Part shown: piece after piece, positions 13,123 to 26,108 of the stretch | Position numbering within the stretch: the stretch's first letter is position 1 | How the letters are laid out: every line of letters starts with the position of its first letter | DNA from: Naegleria gruberi | Lineage: Eukaryota | Assembly: GCA_000004985.1 (NCBI GenBank) | Contig: GG738845.1 | DNA: 64,000 bases | Reading direction: 5' to 3' (one strand) | The notes under the pieces: generated by a model | Database searches by the model: none | What the model was told of the DNA's origin: nothing | Seen by the model: the letters and a program-made list of their open reading frames with translations, nothing else | Made by a program: the position numbers and the translations under genes

Positions 13123-16100
13123 TTATTGCTTTACAACATATTCTACTAATGTTTGGGAAATTGGAAGAGTCAGTAAAGGCGAAGAGTCCGATTCCATTGA
13201 TTTTTGTACCAATAGTTTTTGTGCTTCAGAAATCTTTCCAAATTCCAAATAAATCCTCAACAACGAATTAGGATCGCATTGTTTTACCAGCCAGTTTGGT
13301 AAGTAACATTCCTCTCTTTGAATGTATCCACTTTGTAATTCTTGATAAATAGTTCTAATTGCGGAAGAGGCAAATAAATAACCTGTAGATGCATTATTAT
13401 ATTTGTTCAACTTCATTCTGAGTAAATTCCACATCTTCTTAGAAGTACCACTAGTGTTAATATCACCACTTTCACAACATTTTTTGGTTAATTTTGAGAA
13501 CAAGATACACATTTCTGGAGTAGTCAATTTACATGCAGAGGCTACCATAAAAGCTTTTTCAACAGTTTCATAATTTCCAGATAAGAATTGTGAAATAATA
13601 TCTATTGGATTACTCAAAAGTACGAGAGAAAGTATGTTAAATGAAGGAGTTTTCTTTTGGGCCTGAAGAATAAAAAGCTTTGATGATGATAGCTGATACC
13701 TCTTTTCCAGATGCGATAGAGTAATAATGTGAGGTTTTGTAAATGTCAAATCTTGTTCAACTTGCATTTGATCATCTCTAATTCTTTTTAGTGGACTAAT
13801 TGCCCTATCCATGGATTCTTCGTCACTGCGTGGATAAAGGAACCATTGATTGTTTTCTGAAACAGTTTTCAAAGCATTGAGAGCAATCAAGAAGCATTCA
13901 GTTTGCTTTTGAAGATAGGCTTCAAGAATTTCAGCATGACAATCGTTAGGAGTTGCAGAAAATGGAACAATTCTTATTTGACTTTCTATTCTTCTTCCCA
14001 ATTCGTAAATGTACATTGCTGCCTTGTTGTAATCTCCTCTATGAATGTTGTAAGAGTAAAGGAGATGATAATAAGTGAAAACAGTATTTAGTTTTTGTGT
14101 GTGTTCTTCTAGAAGTGTGTAATTTCCTGATCTGGATCCATTTGTACACAATACCTTAACATGGGATGTGCCGATATTGGCAAGTCTAATACTGAGATCA
14201 GCGTATTTGGCTCTTTCATGAAGTAAGTCATTGACATCATTTCTGCTTCCACTAAATGGTAGTTCACAGAGCATATTACCAAAATATTTGCATTGTTCGG
14301 TGCTATAGGCAGCCAAATCACAAAGAGTACCCACAAACTTTCTCAAATCCGATTTCTTTCTTTGGATATCATTTTGTGAGTTTAGAGAAACATATGCCAT
14401 GTCAAAGCGTTCAAAGTGTATACAGAGAGAAAATAGTACACTATACAAAATACTAATCTCTTCCGTAGGTATCAAATCACTGTCAGCTTCTGTTAGGGAG
14501 AGATTGATAAACTCCAAAGCTAATTCTGGATGCTTTTCACATAACTGCCTAATATAATTATAGTAATAGAAAAGAAGAGATATTTTCACACGATCTTCAA
14601 TTGTTTGATTATTCAAAGTAGGTTCAACTTTCCAGTAAATATTCATCAGTTTAAATAATGCCAATGTTTCCTGATCTCTTTCTCTATTACTAACACCAAT
14701 AATTGCACATCGCAAAAAGTTTTGCTTTGCTCGAGATAGATCCCCCTCTTGTAAATTTGCAAGGGCCAAGTAATGATAGGTGAGAGGGAATGAAGAGTCA
14801 TAACTTTGAAGGAGCAAGCAGTATCTCTTTAAAGCGCCATATGCTTGCCAATTTAATAGATATTGGGCTATTTCTACAGTGTTTCTTTGGGCTTTGTTGC
14901 TTTCATAGTCCACCAAAATAACACGTTGAATTATCATCAAGCTAATATTAGTTACAAGATAGGAAAGGGGTGGCTGTTCTAGATTTGTTTGCAACTTTTT
15001 CTTAACTTCGTGTTCAGTCAATAACATCTCAATAAAATATTTAGTATCAATGGTTGGGGAAGGATGAGTGAGAAGAAAATCAGCCATATTCAGTTTGGAG
15101 TTTGAAAGGGAGACAGCCAAGTTTAAACTGTTTGTGCTTGATTCTACAATTCTATTGCAAAGCCACCACGCCAAATGGTAGCTTCTAAGTAAGGAGTAGC
15201 AAGTGTTTGCTTCAATATTGTTGTTTTCTCCATTTAAAGTTAATAGACCAGCAATTTCAATAAAAATGCATAACTGGCACAAGAGCTGATATCTTGACTC
15301 TAAAATTTGTATTGAAGAAGCATTAATCAATTGAATAAGAATAGAGTTATCCATTGAAATCAAGTCCTTCTTGGATTCTATTTCAGAAACCATTAAAGTA
15401 CGTATTATGTAATTCAAAATAGAGGATACAGGTGTATTTCTAATGGCTGACATTCTATCAATTAATCCGTTAACAAAAAGCTTCTTGTGATGGCTTTGTT
15501 TAAAGTCTTTGATGAGAGTGTCTGGCGTGTCGCTGTTATGGTTTGAAAGACCAGAAACAAGCTCTGTAGCCATTTTTCTGGCAATTATTGCAGGATTGTC
15601 GTTTGTAGACTCTTGTGAGAAATAGTATGGTAGTACAGTAAAGGTAGATAATAACTCAGATGCTGACTTATCAATAAAGTTCAAAATTCTAAAGAATTCT
15701 ACAAGGTCCCTAGAGAATGTTGATCGTTTGGAGATACTTTCTTTGATTTCTAAATTGTTAGCCAAAAGAAGGTAGTTTCTACTTCCCCTCAAAGATTGAT
15801 TGGCTGTTTGTTGAATAGATTCTAGTATATCAAGTTGACGGAGCAAACAAATTGATTGGTTATACATTACGGCAGGTGTGGAATTCATGAAAACAAAGCC
15901 AGTTGGTTGATTTAAACTTGATATACGTGCTAAGGTTTGCAAAAATTCCAACCAGGTTTGAATTTCAATTTTAGACTCAAGAACGTTTCTCTCTAATAAA
16001 TCTTTTGTTGTGATTTCTGCCCTTTTTTGTGAAATGGTGTATTCAATGGCATATTTGATTTTGTCTGACCAGTATGCGTCATTAATATAAGTAAAGGGAA

Positions 16101-17778
16101 TTAATGGTTTATCCTCGGTTATGCCTAATTCTAGCGTTAGAGAATGTAAACTATCTTTTGGATAGAATGGAACTATAGATCTGAATAATAAGTTCGAATT
16201 TAACTGTAATCTAGTTGTAGAGGTAAATAAAAACTGCTCCACATATGAGCCAATATTTTTTGAATTACTATAAACATTTCCGTAAAACTTAGATACTCCA
16301 CTAGATAATTGTGAATGTAATGTACGGGCAAAACACCAAGCAGAAGGTTGACAAGAATCACTCAATAAAGAACCATAGGCAATAGTATATGAAATATTTG
16401 CATTTTCTTCCAAGTTAGATGTGTAATCTCTAATTGACCAAATACCCCATACAGTACCATTATATAAAGAATAGCTAATAAGATTGGAAAATAAGTTCTT
16501 TCTTTCCCGCTCTACTGAGAAAATATCTTTTGGAAGAAATTCTGAAGAAAAACACTTGACATTTTCAACTCCATTATATGTAATGTCAAATGAATTGTCT
16601 TCACTAAATGTCTGAAAACCAAATACTGTAAATTGTGTTCTATCATTTTGTGTGCCACTTGCAATAATTTGGAATGTTGAATCATCACTTTCTTTTGTTA
16701 TTTTTAGAGGAAGGGAACAAAAGTTAATATCATTAATTCCATCATTGTGAAGATTAATTTTCAAAAGTTTCAAATTATTTGCTGGAAGTATCTCTCTACC
16801 CAGTGAGACACTGGTGTCACTATCTTCTTTCCAAATAAGAAGGCTTCCATCCCTATGCAAAGAGGCAATAATGTTGAGTTGATTTTCATAAAGGCTTAGA
16901 TGTTGTACTGATACCGTAAGATTTTTGAAAACCTCTTTAAGATTCTTCTCAGAAGATTTGTTTGAAAACCAGTTCCAAGAAGATGAGGTTTCAAACAAAA
17001 AAGTGTTATGAATAAAATTTGATCCATCTCTAATAATTCTTAAAAGATTGCCATTAGCTAGACCCACAATAACTGCTTGTGAATCAATTGCACAAAGACA
17101 AGTTGGAAAATGTTCAGAATAAGTCTTGAAAAACTCCATATTATTGCTATCCTGAGATCCGCTTCCAAATAATCCGTTAAAGATAGATTTTTGTTGTAAT
17201 CTATTGTAGGTTCCTTCAATTTCTTGGTCTGAAGTACCAATATTAAATGAGTCAACTTGAAGATTGTTTTCTGTAATTCCTTCAATAAAACTCTTCTCTT
17301 TCTTGTTGATGCTCAAACAAAATAATGTTCTGTTAGAAGATAAAAGCCAAATTACTATTCCTCTTGAAGTTTGCTTGATGGATGTACCTGGCAGAAAAAT
17401 CGAATTTTCGGGTGATTTGATGACTAAAGTTTTGGTACATGAAGTGGCTTTAAAATCTAGTTCATGTAATACAAGATCTCCACCAATGGTTTGCCTATTT
17501 TGTGTCTATATAGAAGTCTATTTAAATACTTACCAAACCAAATTTTTCTCTAAATTATTATCCACAAACGAGAAACTTCCAGAATCACATTGCACACCAA
17601 CATTATCATGAAAATGAGCAGATTTGAGCATATTTTCATAATAATAAGAATTAACCATGTTGTTAGCTCGTTCACTATATTCTTGTAGGTATAATATTTG
17701 TTTGTTATTGTCGGCACTTTGATGGCCAAAGGCAAGATGACTTGCGGTTGGTAGAAAGAGTGGCACTTCCGCAAACAT
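13123..17778 (-). CDS. Very large protein (>1450 aa): N-terminal beta-propeller-like region plus C-terminal alpha-solenoid/TPR-like region. Possibly a Nup160/Nup120-family nucleoporin or Elp1-like scaffold.
   Basis: 1397-aa minus-strand ORF 13123-17316. An upstream exon (~17530-17778, MFAEVPLFLPTASHLAFGH...) is joined through an intron at ~17480-17530. The architecture is inferred from composition only. No diagnostic motif was seen. Confidence 0.55.
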
Positions 17779-17979
17779 TTTTCTATTTTTTTAAAACAAA
17801 CAAATAAACAAGATTATTCCCAGCGTGATTGGTGTTTAATAATTTACACTTGCCATCTCTTCAAGTTATTTATTACATGCTGACAGCATATTAGCACATT
17901 CAAGATTAATTTATTAAACCTACTAATAAAGATTCTCAAGATTTTGTGAGTGTGGATACACCAACTATTAACAAAAAAA

Positions 17980-20900
17980 ATGCAGGCATCCCCGAAAGCA
18001 GCAAAGGAACGAATTAAGGTGTTTGCAAGATGTAGACCAGTAATCGAAGAAGAAAAAAAAGGGAATGATTGTAAATCTTGTGTAGAAATAAAAGGAAATG
18101 AAATTAAAGTGAGCAGACCTAATCATCAGCCTAAAACATTTTCTTTTGACGGAATTTTTGGACCAGATTCAACCCAGGAGCAAGTTTTTAAAACTGTGTC
18201 CTTGGATGCAATTGAGGTTAGTGTGATGTTTTTGGACGTTCTAACAAGAAAAGGACGTTTTTAATGGTTATCACTCTACAATATTTGTGTATGGACAAAC
18301 CGGTACTGGCAAGGTATGTAGTAACACTGATTGAAGACTTATTTATTTAATCATACCAGACAGTAAGTTTTAGAATTATTCCAGCCATTCCTATTCTTTC
18401 CAGCATACTCTTAGCAATATTGATGATTCACAACCAGAGGAACATGGTTTAGTACCAAGATGTGTACAAGAAATATATAGACGAATTGATAGTGATATCA
18501 ACAATGAATACCGTGTCAGAATGAACTATCTTCAAATTTATATGGAAACACTGCAGGACTTGCTGCAGCCTGACCACAAAAATCTGCAAATTAGAGAAGA
18601 TCCAGAACTTGGTATTTATGTATCAGGAATTTGTTTTAGAGATATCAAAAATTATGAAGAATGTATTAAATATTATAGAGAAGGCGATGTAAATAGAGTA
18701 ACAGCACTAACAAAAATGGTAAGTTTGGCTGGAATATGTATTAACAAGTTTAGAATGCGTCCTCGAGTAGAAGTCACTCTTGTTTAATAATTAATATACA
18801 AAAGTCCAGTAAGTTGAATGGAAGAGAAGAATTGGAGGGATTGGAAAAAAAGAAGGTTACAACTGCAAATTTATTTCTTGTTGATCTAGCTGGAAGCGAA
18901 AGATTGAAAAAAACAGAAGCTGAGGGTATAAGAAAAAAAGAAGCCAACTATATAAATCTTTCACTGACAACTCTTGGAATTGTGATTCATAGTCTTGAGG
19001 CAAATCATATTCACATTCCCTTCAGAGATTCAAAATTGACAAGATTATTACAGGACTCACTTGGGGGAAATGGAAAAACAAGAATAGTTATAACAATAAG
19101 TCCAAGTATTATCAACAGCCAAGAAACTATTGGAAGTTTAATGTTTGGTGAAAGAGCCATGAATGTGAAAACAGTTGCAAAGGTCAATGAGGCTGTGGAC
19201 TATCGAGCATTATATCTTAAGACAAAAGCTCAATTAGATTCATTAGAAGAAAAATACTCTGAACTTGAGGAAGACTACTTGGATATTACAAATGAAAATG
19301 ATAAAATGGATATTGAGATTGATTCCCTGCTAGAGGAAAATAAGAAACTTGTTAAAGAAAAAAAGATTTTGGAGAAAGAAAAAGAAAAGGAGAAGGAGAA
19401 AATCGTTTCTTTGATGAAGGGGGATCTTTTGGATTTGGAGAATCAACATGAGAAAGATATTGCAGAACTGAATGACAGACTTCTTTCTGTTTCGAAAGAG
19501 TATGAAAATGATTTTCAAAAGAAAGAGGAAAATTTAAAGAAAATACTTTTTGAAAAGGATAATGATATTGATAGGTTAGAACTATTAGTTCAAGAATTGA
19601 CAAGTGATAAAACATTTTTGGAGGCAGAATTCTCAACTAAAGACAAAGAAATTGAAAATTTAATTGCTTCAACACACCAAATGGAAAGAGATTTGGAAAC
19701 GGCCTCATATCTATGTATTAGAAGAGAAAATGAGCTGGAACAAGTTCAAGAATTAATTCAACAATTGGAAAAACAAATAACTACATATAGAGAAACAATT
19801 GGTAAAAACGTTGATGAAATTGAATTGTTGAAAAGAAAGATTCTTTTTAGTACTGAAGAAATGGAGAATGTGACAAGGTTGAAACAAGAAAGAGAAGCAG
19901 AATTGGAAAAAGAAAAAAGATTTAATAACCAACTTAAGGATGATATTGAATTGTTAAATAATCAAAATACCAAATTGGAGGAGAGACTTGAGTTTGAAGT
20001 GGCTGACAAGGCTCTCCAAAAAGAAATGTTTAGAGAGATTTCAGACAGAGAGTTGCTGAAAGAAAGAAAAATATTGGCAATTACTAAAGAACAGCATCAA
20101 GTTGAACTGGAACAAATGGAGGTAAATATTGAAAAGCTCACAAAAATGGTTAACGAAAAAAATGAAGAAATTGAGGAGAGAGGAATTGATATTGACAAGT
20201 TAAAATTGATGTTGTTCGAAGAACAAAGAGAAAGGGAAAACGACAAAATGGAACTACTGTTAGAACAGGAAAAACAAAGAACTGAAAAGGAGTCTATTCT
20301 TATTGAACTGCAATATTACAAAGACAAGATCGAGGAATTCACCTCCAAAGTTTTCAGCACACCTAATAACACAACTATTATTAATATAGTAGAAGAAACA
20401 AGTGACCCAAGTTCAGTTTTACAAACTCCTCCAACCCCAATGATAGAAAAAGTTCCAATTTTTGATTTTGGAAAAATAGTTAATGTTCAAACAAGTATTA
20501 TCAAACGACATGAACATCAATTTTTCTCTCTGATAATCAAAAACCTCATTTCAGAGCAACAAAGAGATAAGTTAGTTTTGGTAATTAACAAATTAACGAA
20601 AGAAAAAGAAGGATTACAAAAAGAGCTCCAAAAGATCGGATATCAATTAAAGGAATTGCATACTGATATTTCAGAGTTGTTTGCTAACTCTAGATTCCTC
20701 CATGATGACTTGAAATCAACATCAGAATTGTTTGGAACAAACCTCCATCAAACACTGTTCGAAAAGCAAGGTCATTCAAGGAGTTTTGATGTTATTAACG
20801 GAGAGCTAAAAGACTTAAAGTTCATCTCTAAAAAGTTTAGGGATGAAAGCCCAGATGAGGCAGCATTTGATGCCATAAACTATATGGTATGGGCTCTAGA

Positions 20901-22173
20901 ATATTCTCATCCTTATTCGTCATTGTCTGACAATCTTCTGGGAGAAGAAAATTCCAAAGAAATTATCAAATCTCTGCTTGAAGAAAGTGAGAAGCGGGTG
21001 AAGTCGTCCAGTAAAACCTCTGCCGAACACACTCTAGAAATTGACTGCATATGGAAGCATGTAAAGAATTCATTGGACTGTTTTTATGATTCGTCAACAG
21101 ATAATTACAAAACTGTATTGAAAGAACTGGACTGTGAAGAATACTACAAGTTATACAATAACTTTATCAGAAAGAAAAATGCAACAATTGAACTGGAGGA
21201 ATTAGCTGAACTGCCATATTCAATTTATGAAATACTATCCGATTCCAGAATCATGGTCTCTAAGACAAGAAATAATTGTTCAGAAAATTCTGACATGTTT
21301 AGATTAATGTCTTTCTGGTTCTCCATGAGTAGTAAATGTCTTAAAAAGGTTTTGAACAGAGAAGAAATCAATCACAAAGCAGGGGTGTATTTAATGCACG
21401 AGTTTATTCATCTCCTTCATACAGTTAGAAATGTTTTATATCTATTTGATTGTTCGGAAAGAGACGTTTTGATTTACAAATTGGCTCTTCATGGATGTGC
21501 TTCGAAATTATCTAAGTTTATTAACTCTAGTGAAGAAGTAAGAAGAGAAATGGAAGATAGAATCGCGTCATATGAAGAATTGAGAACAAGAACTGAGGCG
21601 GCACTTGTGATACAGAGATTTTACCGAAAGACAAAGAGAAGAATGCAAGAAGACTTTATTCGAAAGCAAAGAACCGAATTGATAGCCCAATCACAAGCTC
21701 AAATGGTAAAGATCAGAGAATTACAAAAATCCGAGTTGACCTTTAAAGCTAGCGTGGGAAAGCAAATTGCGGACACAGGAAGAGTTCTTATCAAACAAGG
21801 TGTATCTGAACTGGATCACATTTTCAATATTCTAAAGGCGTATTTTTTATATGGAGATGATGATGATACACCCTTAACACCCTCCTCTCCAAGAACAAAT
21901 ACCTCCAGAGCTAATAGTATTATTTCACCAAACTCGCCAGTATTAACGACACCAGAAAGAAATAGATCTGGAAGCCTTTCGCCCTCGCCACCAAATCCGT
22001 TAAGGGAAAATTTTGGGGGAAGACCAAAATCAACCGTTTCAAGAGCATACAGCAAAAGGTTCTCTGAGGTTGATGTGGCAGAAATTAATGACATTCTCTC
22101 CAATACTAAAGTTTCTCCAACAGCAAGAAAAGTCTTGGAAAAGTCTTTACCCCCAAACATGACAAAAAGGTAA
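17980..22173 (+). CDS. Kinesin-like protein, N-terminal motor domain plus ~850-aa coiled-coil tail, at least 5 exons
   Basis: Exons reconstruct IKVFARCRP..., then (after an intron starting with the non-canonical donor GTTAGT) DVFNGYHSTIFVYGQTGTGK (P-loop). These are followed by ...NASSSRSHSC... (switch I), LVDLAGSE (switch II) and HIPFRDSKLTRLLQDSLGGN. A long E/K-rich coiled coil follows. Confidence 0.85.
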
Positions 22174-22264
22174 AGCAACATAGAAAATAAGCTATGGAGG
22201 TTAAAACCATTTTCTGAATAAATAATAACATATCATTTATCATTTAAAAAATATTTCGCACCTC

Positions 22265-23656
22265 ATGAAGTTGCTTCTTGCTTACTTAATTATTTTTCTA
22301 GCAGTTGTTAGTAGAGTTATTGCTTCATCAGGTTGTATTCTCAACAGAGATGGTAACTGTGGGATGACATCAAATGCCGCTGGGGAATTGCTTCTATCTG
22401 TTGATCCAAAACAACAATTTAACACTTTTATTAAATCATCATCTGTGGGAAATAATGGGGAAGTTATCTGCAGTACCCCTAATAGTTTCATTTCCAATCC
22501 GTTATGTAAGGAAAGATGGTTTAGAAAAGCACAACACGATAAACAATTTGCCTCCAATTCCCTAAAACTGAGATGTAATATTGATGTTGTTAGGGGCGAT
22601 TGTCAAATTGGAAATTTGCATTTTCCTCCAGAAAATCAATATAAGTTCTATCATAATGATAATCAAGAAACTCATATCTGTTCATCAATCCAAGGCTACT
22701 ATTCAAATCAACTTTGTAAAGAAAAATGGTTTAGAAAATTAACATTATCCCAGCACTCACTTCTTCCTACTAGTGAAACAAGCATTCCATCCTCAATTGT
22801 TTCTCATGAGGTCAATAACATTATTGCTATCAGTTCAACTTCTCAAACCCCATCTGATGTAATTGATTTAGCGGCTTCAACTACGAACAATGTTGAACTC
22901 ACCAATGAACCTCATTTTAATACTGATCTCACTCACGACTATGATATAGTTACAGAGTTGGCAGAGGCTTTTGAGAACAATGATGAAGATGATGAGTTTG
23001 ATGAATTGGAAATTGATGACTCAGACGAAACAGATGTTGATGAAGGAACTGAACTTGTTGAGGAATTACAAAGTGAGGATTCAAACGAAACAGATATTTC
23101 AGAGGAAGAGATTCAAGAAAATGCTAATGACAACACTGGAGATGATTTTAATAATGAAGAAGAAATTGACAACAAAGAAACTTATATTGAAGAGGAAGCA
23201 GAATCCGTATTTGAAATTGATGAAGAGGACAATGTTGTCCACAATGCTGCCGATAAGCCAATCCCTTCTAATGAAATTACTAATTCTTATACCAAGGAAA
23301 TTGAAAAAACACTAAAAGAAATAATTCCCTACATCAAGAACAAACCAAAAATTGTAAATTCTGTACCATATATTCAATCCGCTACAAACGTTTCTGGCTC
23401 AATTGGTAAGGTAAACATCAAAACAGTAATTAACACTGGAAATATTAAAAATAATAGACATCACCACAAAAGGATTTCCAAAAAAAACCAAAGAAAGCTG
23501 CCACGTGTGGGACGCGAGAGAAATGAAGTGAATCAAATTACTAAAGCTGTGAAAGAAATTGAAGAAAATTTGAAATCAAGAAAATATATTGAATCCAGAA
23601 AAGAAGAATTGAAGAGGAGATTTAAAGAATTCCTTCTTAATTCACTCAGAGTTTAA
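22265..23656 (+). CDS. Secreted protein with signal peptide, two Cys-containing repeats, a long acidic tract and a basic C-terminus
   Basis: N-terminus MKLLLAYLIIFLAVVSRVIASSG (signal peptide). Duplicated motif NPLCKERWFRKAQHDKQF / NQLCKEKWFRKLTLSQ. A D/E-rich segment (~aa 230-310), then a K/R/H-rich tail. Single exon. Confidence 0.55.
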   Translation: MKLLLAYLIIFLAVVSRVIASSGCILNRDGNCGMTSNAAGELLLSVDPKQQFNTFIKSSSVGNNGEVICSTPNSFISNPLCKERWFRKAQHDKQFASNSLKLRCNIDVVRGDCQIGNLHFPPENQYKFYHNDNQETHICSSIQGYYSNQLCKEKWFRKLTLSQHSLLPTSETSIPSSIVSHEVNNIIAISSTSQTPSDVIDLAASTTNNVELTNEPHFNTDLTHDYDIVTELAEAFENNDEDDEFDELEIDDSDETDVDEGTELVEELQSEDSNETDISEEEIQENANDNTGDDFNNEEEIDNKETYIEEEAESVFEIDEEDNVVHNAADKPIPSNEITNSYTKEIEKTLKEIIPYIKNKPKIVNSVPYIQSATNVSGSIGKVNIKTVINTGNIKNNRHHHKRISKKNQRKLPRVGRERNEVNQITKAVKEIEENLKSRKYIESRKEELKRRFKEFLLNSLRV

Positions 23657-23700
23657 TAATATTTATTAAGAATAACTGTCACTCTAATTGAATAAATTCT

Positions 23701-24528
23701 TTATTTGGTAATCAAGTAAGGAGTATCTTTTGGAAGGTAGGTAATATTTTTTGCATTTGATAGTGTACTTGCAATTTCCTTACTAGCTTCAATTTTTCTC
23801 AATTCAATTAAACCAGAACCTGATTTGGTCATTGCATTAGATATCATTTGAGCAGCTATGGCTTCTCCTTCAGCCAAAATAATAGCTGCCTCCTTTTCGT
23901 ATTTTGATTTTTCAACAATAAAAGCTTGTCTTTCAGCTTCTTGCTCTGCTACTTGTTTCATTTCAACAGCTCTTGTAAATTCCTTACTAAAACTCAAGTC
24001 AGTAATTGAAACATCAACCAGATCAATATGGAATTTTTGTAATGCTCTTTCTCTGACCATTTTTTGTATTTCCTTTGAAATTTGTTCTCTTCTCTGTATA
24101 ATTTCTTCAGCCTTGTATCTAGCAATAACAGCCTTCATGACTTCATTTCCGACAGATGGTAAAATACGTTCATCATAATCTCCACCAAGATCTTTATAAA
24201 TAACTGGGAGTTTTTCGACAATAGGACGATGTAAAACTCTCAAAGTAATATTTACAGTTTGTAAATCTTTTGTTCCAGTCTTGGTTGTGATTTCTCTTGG
24301 ACGAACACGTACATCAAAAAAGATTGGTTTTTGGATGAACGGAATTTTAAAGTGGGTTCCTTCCCCAGCAACATAATCATCACGAATACCACCATTTACA
24401 TAGTCCATAAGAATAGCTCTCTCTCCTCCATCCACTGTGTACAAACAAGATAATCCCAATCCTAAAACTGCTGTTGAAGCAAAGGTAGCATATGTCATGC
24501 CTTTCAAAAGTTTGTCCAAAGCTTGCAT
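23701..24528 (-). CDS. PHB1: Prohibitin (PHB1-like, SPFH/band-7 family)
   Basis: 275-aa single-exon ORF. ...GTKDLQTVNITLRVLHRP...LPSVGNEVMKAVIARYKAEEIIQRRE...AVEMKQVAEQEAERQAF... aligns along the whole length with prohibitins. The short N-terminus fits PHB1 rather than PHB2. Confidence 0.9.
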   Translation of the reverse strand: MQALDKLLKGMTYATFASTAVLGLGLSCLYTVDGGERAILMDYVNGGIRDDYVAGEGTHFKIPFIQKPIFFDVRVRPREITTKTGTKDLQTVNITLRVLHRPIVEKLPVIYKDLGGDYDERILPSVGNEVMKAVIARYKAEEIIQRREQISKEIQKMVRERALQKFHIDLVDVSITDLSFSKEFTRAVEMKQVAEQEAERQAFIVEKSKYEKEAAIILAEGEAIAAQMISNAMTKSGSGLIELRKIEASKEIASTLSNAKNITYLPKDTPYLITK

Positions 24529-24599
24529 TTTCCGAGAATATTTTTTTAGAAAATTTTGATTGAATTTTCAATCAATAAATTATTTAATAAACCAATTGT

Positions 24600-25560
24600 T
24601 TATTGCAAATGAAATGGCAAGGTAATTGATTTTCCTTTGTAATTTTCTAAATTTTCTCCAGCAAAAGACACAAGAGGAGAAATTTCACACAATTCCTTCT
24701 TGCAATCTCCAATAATGTTTGCTCCTGCTCTTTCAAGGTACTTGGTGTGGAGCACGGATACATCCTTTCTACAGGTCTCTGGTGAATCACTATTGTTTTG
24801 ATTAGGAGCGTTTTTGAGAGGGGAAAATTCAGATTCTCTTTCTACTTGGAAAATTGTAATAGAGTTGGCAAATTCAACAATGTCAAAATTGAACAATTCA
24901 AGCTTTACACCTGCTTGTTTCTTCTTTTCTCCTGAATTGATATCAATAGATTCGATATCCTTCTTTGCAATGTGATAGAGTTTGTGTGTATTTAAAATTT
25001 GAGCACATTTTTCTAAAAAGTCCAAAGTATAGAAAAAGTTAACAATATTTCCAGCATTGAATGAAAGTTGTCCAGTTGTTTGATCAACACTTTCAGCCAT
25101 TTCCTTTGTAATTTCACTGTATTCCACAACATGGTATTTTCCATTTCTCAAAGCAAAAACGCCAACTTTTTCATGAGGCTCTCTTTTTGGAACAACCTTA
25201 GTTCCAAAATCTACACAATTCTTTACGCAATGTCCAACAAATTTTGGATCTCCAACCTTAACAAGTATGTTATCGACACAATATGAATGAATATATTTGA
25301 TTCCTCTCTCCTTCATATGATCTAACATTCCATATTTTGCCAAAGCCTGGTACACTCCTCCATTACCATTTGGTGCAGTAGCTATCAAATTTTTTTCTTG
25401 CAACATTAATTTTCCGTCCATAGAAAAGCATGGAAGAGTACCTTGTTGGAAGAATAAAATTTGGTCTTGACANNNNNNNNNNNNNNNNNNNNNNNNNNNN
25501 NNNNNNNNNNNNNNNNNNNNNNAGTTCAAAGAGCTCCTTTATGGATGTTTGTGATGACAT
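24600..25560 (-). CDS. UAP1: UDP-N-acetylglucosamine pyrophosphorylase (UAP1/QRI1), interrupted by an assembly gap
   Basis: ...NGNGGVYQALAKYGMLDHMKERGIKYIHSYCVDNILVKVGDPKFVGHCVKNCVDFGTKVV... is typical UAP1. The ORF runs into the N-run at 25478-25522. Only 12 codons (MSSQTSIKELFE) lie beyond the gap. The expected ~150 N-terminal residues are missing, so the gap is larger than drawn. Confidence 0.8.
25478..25522. other. Assembly gap (45 N)
   Basis: Run of n characters. It breaks the UAP1 coding region. Confidence 0.99.
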
Positions 25561-26108
25561 TTTTTTTTAAATATTAAATAATCCCACAAAATTCTTCCAG
25601 ATGGCTTGTGGGCAGTGTTTGATTTTGCTCCCAATTCAAATGGCTGCATGATGTCGTTTATTATTGGAAATTTAATTTGGAGAATGATCATCAAACAACA
25701 AATCCCAACACAATCAACTGCCAATAAGAAATCAACTTCAATTTCTATCTACTCCGTAAATAATATGACAACCTCTTTTATTAAATTACTAGAATATTCT
25801 GACAATAAGAAAAATACACTCAACCTTATTATGTCAAATTCAAAACTCATCCAATATCTAAACTCTAGTTCCAAACACAAGTACTTTGCTTCTCCAATAC
25901 TCTTTACTCCATCACAAACTACTTTAATTACCAAACATGCATCCCTTGTTAAAATCAAAACTCACACCAGTTTTGCTATTCATTAAAGGAAATACAAGAT
26001 CCACCAAGGAAAATTAAGATATTCAAAATTACTCATTATTTATACTCTACTTAAACTTTAATTATAAAACAGGCCACAAAAGACCATTAGACATTGAAAA
26101 AGCAATAC

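Noticed and set aside
13903-14456. Short plus-strand ORFs inside the large minus-strand gene
   Set aside because: Antisense to a continuous 1397-aa ORF. No supporting features.
17264-17611. 115-aa plus-strand ORF at the 5' end of the large minus-strand gene
   Set aside because: It overlaps the first intron/exon of the minus-strand gene, whose reconstructed exon 1 (17530-17778) gives a sensible N-terminal extension. The plus ORF has no homology or start context.
22971-23315. 114-aa M/K/L-rich ORF in an alternative frame inside the secreted-protein gene
   Set aside because: It is an out-of-frame reading of the GAT/GAA-rich acidic-tract codons. Its composition is an artefact of the low-complexity coding sequence on the main frame.
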